A program made the position numbers and the translations under genes. From the human T2T-CHM13v2.0 reference genome, Homo sapiens, in the NCBI RefSeq assembly GCF_009914755.1, contig NC_060925.1: DNA of 64,000 nt. The stretch is one strand, 5' to 3'. How positions within the stretch are numbered: position 1 is the stretch's first letter; the number at the start of each line of letters is the position of its first letter. The notes beneath the pieces were generated by a model. The model had not been told where the DNA came from. It searched no databases and saw only the letters and a list, made by a program, of their open reading frames with translations. Shown in pieces: positions 55,006-64,000 of this stretch.

Positions 55006-56484
55006 TTTTTTTAATGGGGGCTTTTTCCATGGTATGTAGACCCTCTTCTTTCTCCATGGTTATGGCATTTTTACTGCTTTATTAACTCCCAAAACTAACT
55101 CTCCAACTCTGCCTTCTCTCACTGACAGACCTATAACCTCAACTTCAACAGGGCCACCTACAAATGCTTCATCTTCCTCCCCTCTAGGACATAGGGTATA
55201 GTCTGAAACACCTGGGATCAAAACCTAGATCTGACATTTGTTGGGTGTGTTTCCTTGAGAAATGGCGTCTGATTTCTCTTATTTTCCCCCTTGATAAATG
55301 GGATAATTCTTTTCACATATGCTTGTTATGTGGCTCAGTGAGGTAAAATATGGGTCACAATGCTTACCATATAATAAGAATCCAAATATGATCATTCTAA
55401 TCCCAACAATGCAAACTGCCTTTTTATGTTTTCAGCTTCTTTCCAAAAAATGTTAGTTGTCTGCTGTTAGAATTAGTTCAACTGGGAGTACCAGCACTCT
55501 CCCACAATTTGAGGGTAGAAATCTTGGATTCCTCTTTAACCTTCCCTCTGCTTTTTCTCCTATGGCTGACTGATCTGTTACCAAGAACCAGCAATCCATC
55601 CTTTCAAACATCCTTGATTCATCCCATCCCACCAATAACTCTATCCATATCCTTAGCACATCTTGCCTGAATCGATGCACATGTTTTAAATTAGTTTTTC
55701 TTTCTCCAGTTCTTCTGCCCCAAGGCTATCCTGGAACATACTTCCAGAACTCCTTAAGATTCTGCTTTCAGTATGCACCACCCTAGCTGAGAAGCTGCAG
55801 TAGCTACCTCAAGTCCAAACTCTTCCCCTGGCCTGTTGGCCTCCGTAGTCTCATCTCCCCATCTCCCGCTGTGCAGCTTCTTCTCCAGCCATGTCATCCT
55901 TGCTGTTGCCCCTCTGTTTCCCCATCTGAGTCACCCAGTGTCCACTCCCATCTTGGTGTCTCTGAACAGGCTCTTCCTTACCACCTAGAAGGAGCTCCTA
56001 CTCTGCCCTCTCCTGTCTGTCCTGAAAGACCCATAAAGACCTCCCTGATTCTTTTAAATCTCACTAATTTCCTTTTCTTGGAACCCTGTCTAACACAGGT
56101 GTTTTGTGTTTTGTATTTTCTTTTTAATTTTTACCTACCGAAACACACTTCAATTTCCCTGAGGACAAATAATCTACATTTCTTATCACCCATGTTGCTT
56201 AGCACAGTCCTTGGCTTACAGGAAATGCATGTTAAATTCTGCTTGAATGCTTTCTTTCATTGACAGTTGATTCCTCCTCGTTTATTTTCCCAGTAGGAGG
56301 ACTCTCCAAGTATCCTTGAGTAAATATCTAAACATATTGCTCAGAATTCACTTCCAAAAGTAAAAACTTCATCTCCTAAAAGAAAAGACTTTTCTATATC
56401 CTTAAATAGAAGACTCTAGAAAAAAAATAATTTCTTGATCACTGTTAGGATAATAATTACTTCATGTGCACTTGTGTTTTATAG

Positions 56485-56539
56485 AACTCACCTGAGCTGG
56501 ATGAAGAAGGCTACAGCATCAGACCCGAGGAACCCGGCT
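56485..56539 (+). CDS. SGIP1: SGIP1 coding exon (55 nt): [18 protein letters not shown](S), containing the FCHo-family DEEGYS motif of the AP2-activator region
   Basis: Acceptor cttgtgttttatag|AAC; followed by U12 donor T|atatcctttc. Confidence 0.95.
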
Positions 56540-57249
56540 ATATCCTTTCTTTATTTTTTTATTTTAATTTTCATTCACTCTCAGAAAACAGTAGGATAAA
56601 TTCAGATTTTACAAAAGTAATAAAATAACCGAATCTTCACAAGTCCTGTTATCCCTAATATTAGAGATGAATAAACAGCACTGAGAACACCCTGAGCTCT
56701 AGCAAGCAGGCATTTTGCCTTAATCTATTCATAGAAAAGAGAGAGGAGAAAGAGAAAAACGTGCTAAAAAAACAACTGTGGAAATGGTGGGTACTGAGCT
56801 GTCCGCTAATCCCTGATATGACTGTCATTTACAGTGACTAGAAAATAGCTCTTACTGTCCTCTCCCTACAATTCAACTCTGGGCAAAGCATGTCACACTG
56901 ATGCATTTAAAACTCATCGAGGATCATTCATAAAGCAGCCTTCCTCTCTCTGTAGATGAGTAAGCTCACATGTGCTTGTCTGTGTGTGCTGAGTATGACA
57001 CAACAAATGGTCAACTGCAGCAAAAATGTAGGATATTAGAACCATTGCTTCTTGAAATTCACCATCCTTGATCATGTTCTGAGGAAAGGTGAATAAATTC
57101 TAACCCCTTCCTCCTTTACTTTTGTATGTTTTGCTTTGATTTTCTGCCATCTAAGGATACTTTTGCTGTCTCTATATGCAATTGCTCTTGTCTTGGAGTC
57201 GTTGCCTCCCAGTAGAAGAAAGAGTTATGTATCTTTAACTGTGTTCTAC
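56540..57249 (+). other. SGIP1: U12-type (minor spliceosome) AT-AC intron, 710 nt
   Basis: 5'ss ATATCCTTT; branch box TCTTTAAC at 57232-57239 about 11 nt before ttctAC 3'ss; no pyrimidine tract; junction T|CT gives in-frame PGSTKG. Confidence 0.95.
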
Positions 57250-57425
57250 CTACCAAAGGAAAGCACTTTTATTCTTCAAGTGAATCGGAAGAAGAAGAAG
57301 AATCACATAAGAAATTTAATATCAAGATTAAACCATTGCAATCTAAAGACATTCTTAAGAATGCTGCAACTGTAGATGAATTGAAGGCATCAATAGGCAA
57401 CATCGCACTTTCCCCATCACCAGTG
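57250..57425 (+). CDS. SGIP1: SGIP1 coding exon (176 nt): (S)[58 protein letters not shown]
   Basis: Follows AC acceptor; open frame of 58 codons; donor GTG|gtgagt. Confidence 0.96.
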
Positions 57426-59547
57426 GTGAGTGTTGTGTGTGTGTGTGTTAAGCTTTAGTGAGATTGAACAGGGCTATGTTCTGCCTATATGCATTAAGTC
57501 AATCAGAAACTCCTTAAATTGAAGCCTGCATATGGTCACCATATCATGAATTCTATAAATCTAAGAAGCTCATTCTAGCTTGAGAAAATTGTACTTATTT
57601 TATATTGCAGTCCTTGTGCTTTTCAAAAAGGTGAAAAATATATGGAACCACATTTTCTTTTGACTTATTTTCCTGCAAGCATTTTAAAAAGAAAAAAAAA
57701 TAAAAAGATTATCCAGAATTATCTCTCATGCAGACTTAGCAACTAGAAACAACATGAAGTTCACAGATTTGCTAACAGTGATTTTTAAAAACACATCTTA
57801 GTTTCCTTTTTTATGATACACCACATGAAAATACGTGGAAGGAAACTGGTTATTTTTTGTATTGCTATGCTCTAAAACCAAAAACTAATCCAAATCATAG
57901 TCTAAATCAAATTTAAAACTCATATCCTTCATTCTATTGTATTATCAAATTGACTTAAATAATCTCATCTTTAAGGTACCTCAGATATAAGTATTGTCCT
58001 ATTTATATTGTTCAAGTAGGTATTTTCCTACAGACAAGCTAAGATTTGGGGTAAAAAAAAAAAAAGAGATTATTTTTGCACAATTTGCACTTTCATTCCC
58101 CAATTCCCAGCTACTAAGTTTCTTTAATTGCTGAATTCTGGGTTCCAACATGTACAGCCTTTTCTCTGTTTGATAAATGCCACCATTGTTTTCTAAAAAT
58201 GGTTGTGAGGAACAGATGAAGGCTCTCAAACTGGCAGCTAATGTGTTCTTGGCATCTTCTTTAGAGAGATGTGATCTCGTACAGCATTCCCCCTGAACAG
58301 AGCAGTTAATAAATGCTGAACCATTTTCGAGATGCTTCAGGAAACATCTCAACTAACCTTTCTAAATGAATTGTAATCATCCATCTTTTGAGAATAAACT
58401 TTTGCCTCCCTGGGATGAAAAGTGTCTATAATGACGCTTTCTTTAGTGTTTAATGCTTATAATGGACTTGATCACTACTGTTGGTAACAACCAAAATGAT
58501 TGCTAAGAGAAACTAACCACAGTAAATAATATTTAAGGTAATTTTTAATCATATACTCCCCTGCTACTTTAAGATGTCTTCTTGAAAAGGGAAGCATGAA
58601 ATGTATTAGTTTTCTTTTCCTTCTATAATGGAAGGTGCAGATTTTAAAGTTACATATTGGCCTGTGAGTTCTAGTAATGGTGGTATTTTAAAAGCACACT
58701 CTTTCACTTTTCAGTGGCATCTTTCAAATTATTTTTCACTTACTGAATAATATTTTTTACTGAAAATCTCCTTAAATGTCTAAAACCAGTTTACAGCCAT
58801 GTCTGTGCAGTTTATTTTATTCACTTCTCTGAGTTTGTTCTCTGTGTAATAAACTGGCCCTTTGGAAGCTACCTGGGGTAAGTAAAAGAAGGCAAGTTCA
58901 GAGGATTAAGTGAACACATTTATGTGAAAGCAAATGTACCGGCACAGTCCCAGAAACATAGTGGATGTTTGCCGGAATGTAGCTGAATCCAGGAAGGAAG
59001 AGATTCCCTCTTTTGAATGGAATATGTATGCCTAAGTTTTCTGGTAGCTATTCCTGCAACCAGATACATTGCTAAGGATGCAGCAAAATGTGGTGGTTTA
59101 CTCTAAGCTCTTCTCAACATCTATTTTTAAGGAAATATATTGACATGATGTGGTTAAGATTCTGATGAAAAAATGTTAAGGGAAGCAGAGTGAAAACTAG
59201 ATGGAGACACCCAGAGAGAGTGACCTCGGAGTTACTCTGTTTCTGCAAACCAACAACGCCACAGACCAAGGGACCCTCAGCTCCCATTCCTGCACCCACA
59301 CCTCCAGTTTGTTCCCTGTAATGTGAGAACCTGGATCTCCTATTTTTGTGATTCCTAAATATTTATAATTTTTCATAGTTGGTGTGGAAGAGTGAGCTGT
59401 TACTACTTTAGGAAAAGGTGAGCAGGTTTCTGGATGTACATGAGTTTAAAGAGAGGTTGTAACTGAAAACATATTCTTGGCTTTAGAATCTTTGCCCTCT
59501 CCTTGATAACCCGTGTGTAAATATAGATAGATATAGATATAGATAGT

Positions 59548-59847
59548 TTTGTTGTTGTTGTTGTTTAGACAGAGTCTTGCTCCATTGCTCAGGCTGGAGT
59601 GCAATGGTATGATGTCGGCTGACTGCAACCTCCACCTCACGGGTTCAAGTGAGTCTCTTGCCTCAGCCTCCCAAGTAGCTGGGATTACAGGCACGTGCCA
59701 CCATGCCTGGCTACTTTTGGTATTTTCAGTAGAGACAGTGTTTCACCACATTGGCCAGGCTGGTCTCGAATTGCTGACCTCAGGTGATTCGTCCGCCTTA
59801 GCTTCCCAAAGTGCTGGGATTACAGGTGTGAGCCACCGCACCCAGCC
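59548..59847 (-). mobile_element. AluSx-like
   Basis: Full antisense Alu with (TTG)n tail. Confidence 0.9.
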
Positions 59848-60743
59848 ATGTACATATATTTTATAAATGACATATGCAGCACTTCCTCTCCAGAGCCAGA
59901 TAAGCAGAAATAACCTAAAATCCAGCTGGTGCCATGATCAAAATGACAATGATTTTGGACTTTCATGTCTCCAGCCAAAAGAGCAGACAATTATACATCT
60001 ATACTTTCTTCAGGCACTAAAAAGGAAATAGGGTCTACACAAGTTAATGATATATCAGAATATTTTATTTAAACTATGGTTTTTATACTACAAAAGCATC
60101 AATCATTACATTAATAGAAATGAGGAAATTTCAAATAATAAATCATTCATAACAATGGTTTACGTTGGACTTCTGATTTATGTTTCTTTTGAAGTTTTTA
60201 AGATAAAGTCGTGCCTCACTTATTCTTTTCATTTATTTGTTAATATGTATCCATGAACTATAACCAATTTGATCTCTTTTATCATGAATTGGTTTTATTA
60301 TACTTGAATAGTTTCGCTATATATATTGGGCGGTCAAATTAACGAATGAAATGAAATGGGAGGAATGAATGAATCATATAATTATATGTATATACAATAT
60401 AAACTTATCTGAAATTTACTTCTCAAGACAAAGTGTCAGAAGCAAGACAAATCAAGATTTTAATTGCTGGCAACAATCCTATTGTACAGTTAGACAAATA
60501 AACAAAATTTTAGTCCAGATTTTGCCTTAGCCCTTGATTTTGATATAGAAATAAAATATAATGTTGGCCAGGACAAGGCAGAGCACCAAAAAGGCAGAAG
60601 GCTAATGCAGGAGTTAACTCACAGGTAAAGGATAATAATTCTTTTTCTTATCATGTTCCAGCCTGCTGATAAGATACCAAGCTTACAGGGCAAAGAATGA
60701 ACATCACCCAGGTTTGCCATCTGGTCAGGTTGATTTGGCATCT

Positions 60744-61230
60744 GTGTAAGTTAGAATATTTGTTAAGCTGTTTTAACAGAGACCAAAATAATAATGGCTT
60801 AAACAATATAGGTGGTTTCTTTCTCTCCCAAGTGAAAGTCAAAGCTGATAGACAGTCCAGAGGTAAAAGAGTCTTACTCCAGTGGTCATTCAGAAACCCA
60901 GGAATTTTCTGCATTATTGCTTCTCGTTTCCTAGAGTAGCACTGCTGCCTTACCACTGCAAGTACTTCCATGCACCAGCCTTGGGATGGAGGAAAGAATA
61001 AATAAAAAGCAAGTGGTTTTCTTTAAGAGTTTAACTCAGAAGTTGCGCGCATCACTACCACCCAGATCCCACTGCCACAATTTAATCACATGGACACATT
61101 CACTGCAAGGGAGTCTGGAAAATGTAGTGTTTTGCTAGATAAACATGTAGTAGCCAGCTAACATTCGGGGTTTTATTACTAAAAGACAAAAGAACAAATG
61201 GCTATTGGTGGACTTTGACAGTTTCTTCCA
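60744..61230. mobile_element. Old MaLR LTR (MLT1-type)
   Basis: taatggcttaaacaa, ctgcaagggagtctggaaaatgtag motifs. Confidence 0.65.
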
Positions 61231-64000
61231 CTGGGTCCTGAATTATATTGTATCTGCATCTTAAGGTTAGAATTAAGTAATCTCAGATTATTTCAGAGAG
61301 TTCATTAGGAAACGGGATTTCTTCCCATATATGTTTTAAAATATTCCCAGTACCTATTAAATCCAGAATGTTCTAAAATAATTTTCTAATCACTAATTTA
61401 TAAATACTAGTGATACCGTGCTGCTTGTTAGCTAACAACAGGTTGAACAGAGACACTCCAGTGTCCCTCTGTTTATGCAGGTTCACTGTTTTTTAAGGCA
61501 GGCTGTTCCATTGCTGAAAGAAAAGTCTTCCTTTTATTAAACCAAATATGTAATTTTGTCCTTGATTGTAGTTGTACTCTTTAAAGGATGAACAAATGGT
61601 AAAGCCCCTTCTTTTACCAGTGAGTTTTCAATGAAGCAGAATGACTCCAACTCCAAGTTCAGTGTGCAAGATGTTTTTTAAGGAGTGACCTTGGACTTAA
61701 TACCTGTGATGTGGGGTGGGCAGAGGGAGAAGTTGAGCTGCTTTACACAACGAACAACAGCCTGAGCTGATCCCAGGGAAACTCAGGAACTAGTAGGAGC
61801 CTTCAGAGTTAGTGTGAGTTTGGCTAAGATGAATAACCTTGATACTGCTCAACCAGTCAGTGCTCTGATGTGGGCCACACTAGGAAGGGGCATGCCCTTG
61901 GGTTAGGTAGCTCTCTGCAGTTGAGGCAGATCCTGAGGTGCTGACAGTTGAAGGCTGCCAATAGCCCTCCCAGCAACTGGTGCAAGGAAACCTTCTGAAG
62001 AAGATTCTGCATGGTGCATTTTGGTGTCCATCCCAAATTCTCTGTTCTTGACATAAGGCCTAGTGTGTCATTGCCATTCAATTAATGCTTGCAAGTGAGT
62101 GAGTGAGTGAGTGAACAAATACATGAATGGAACCAGGCTAAGGACACAGAACCATGGCATGTCACCACCCTCCAGTTTTACAACCATCCACTGATAACAC
62201 CCTTCAGCCTCCTTTGTTCACCACACAATGATTCTCCTAACTGTGCCCTAATCCTGGGCACATATTTTCATTCTTTTTTTCCAGAACAACACTGCGTTTG
62301 AGAGACCTGGGGTGTCTATGGCATTGCCTAGATCTACCAGGCCAGAAACCCTATCAGAGAGAGTGATAGGTTCAGTTTGCCCTGTTTCTTTGCGCTGGCA
62401 CCTAGGGTTATCACCTTCTTTTCCAAGTGCTTTCTGGCTATCTGTTTAAATATTTTGTTCTAGAATTTTGGGTTAATCACAAGCCAGTGTGTAGTAACAG
62501 AAGGCACATATCACATAGATTCAGATTGTCCTGGGCCCCAGCCCAGGTCGACCACTTTCTACCTGTGTAACCTTAGACAAGCCCCATAACTGTTCTGATC
62601 CTCCATTTCTGCCACTGTAAAGGAAGGATGATAAGAATCCTTAAGGACTTTTTGTGCAGAAGATCCTAATAACAGTACATGATGTGTAATTGGTACTCTG
62701 CAATTGTTCATTTCTTCATTACTTAACCTAGATTCTTTTAAAAAAACCACTTCTCCTTTTTTGAGGGTCATGCTCTGCTTCCCCATGTTCAGCCTTCTGA
62801 CCTAACAGCATACTGTGTTTTCATGTCCTGGGTTAAAATGTATCTACATCTCGAGGCTAGAATTCTGTTAAAGCAGCTTGGAATTCTCTTGCCTGTCTCA
62901 GACTTTAATTCTGAGCCAAATCTGATCTGCCTTTTAGAGGAACTACTTTTAAGTTAGTTTTCTCCATCTTGGACAATTATGGTTGATTTCTCTTTAAACA
63001 CAAACAGAAACTTTGTACATACCCCCTGAAGGAACTGAGGTACAGTGGGAAAAGTGCCAGCCCTGACCTCAGCCTCTTGCTAGCAGTACTGCTTAGGTAA
63101 GGTACTTAAACCTCAGTGAGAGTCTCAGTTTCTTTCTGTCTGAAATGGGACAAACAAACAGCTACCTTACAGGGTGGTTGTTGCCATGGTCATCTCTTTC
63201 TGCTAGTGCAGTGTAAAGACCACTCTCCCTAAAGGAGGAGATAGAGACAGATGCAACACGAACAGTTCTGTGGTTTGCTTGCCTTTACACCACACTCTTT
63301 ACATTTAGGGTAGAAGCAAACCTCCATTATATCATACAAGAAAAGGCTTTGTTCTTAAAGAGTAAAATAATTTTTGAAGGAGGCTAAATAAAATAATCAG
63401 TGCAGGAATTAATTATAAGGAAATATGACTTCACACACACACATGCACACACACAAAAAAATAACCAAAGTCAGAATTCAACATACAATTGAATTGAATT
63501 GAATACAATTCCCTTTAAGATAATTTGAGGGAAAAAGAAATGACACTTACTCCAATGATGTCCCAATTACTCAAACAAGAGGGTTCTACCTCCTTTTAGT
63601 TGATGACTTTTGGTATGTTGAAAACCCAGTGCCTTGGTTTCTTCATCTATTAATGGGGTGACTCCCATACCTACTTCATTGGGCTATTTTGAGGGTTGAA
63701 TGATTTAATGTATGTAAAGTACTCCTAATAGAAGCTACATGTAAAGATTGTCTCATTGCTATAGAGCCTAGGGCACATTTTAAAGAATATCATTAATAGT
63801 GATAAATAACTCAAATTTCCAAAAGTAATTTAGAGCCAAGACCAGTAATTAATTACCCATTAATTACCCAAAGCATCAAACTGGGAAAAGGTGTTTTTTG
63901 TGATGCCTTTTGAAGACAATTCCAGAAGGAAGTATCCCTAAATTGTTTTGAGTACCATCAACATCCCCTGAATACATATGGTACTTCTTCGGGAGACTTA

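Noticed and set aside
57089-57155. 67-nt GT-AG mini-intron inside the U12 intron
   Set aside because: The branch site lies only ~10-15 nt from the donor, too close for U2 spliceosome assembly as a stand-alone intron
57136-57375. 79-aa ORF overlapping an SGIP1 exon
   Set aside because: Different frame from the spliced SGIP1 reading frame; incidental
57426-64000. Next canonical SGIP1 short exons (RKSP/RRSP)
   Set aside because: No matching sequence with splice sites found; presumably beyond the window

Overview
Primate (human or near-human) genomic DNA from inside the SGIP1 gene (SH3GL-interacting endocytic adaptor 1, muniscin/FCHo family), transcribed on the + strand. The first ~39 kb is repeat-rich intron 1 (exon 1 lies upstream of the window). 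Six coding exons follow: 39413-39476, 46750-46774, 49625-49696, 53451-53507, 56485-56539 and 57250-57425. Spliced, they read (G)[149 protein letters not shown], which I recognise as the SGIP1 N-terminus. The window also holds an 84-nt in-frame cassette exon (47761-47844, SGIP1-alpha-type insert), a minor-spliceosome AT-AC intron (56540-57249), the intronic MIR3117 hairpin, a solo HERV-K(HML-2) LTR5, many Alu/L1/MaLR/MIR/DNA-transposon remnants and a 435-nt pure-purine tract. The most unusual items are an inverted, apparently locally templated L1MC piece inside an Alu, U2-type splice signals nested in the U12 intron, and three consecutive symmetric exons with NAGNAG acceptors. Almost all ORFs in the supplied track are spurious. 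Repeat subfamily names are from recalled consensus sequences and need RepeatMasker confirmation.
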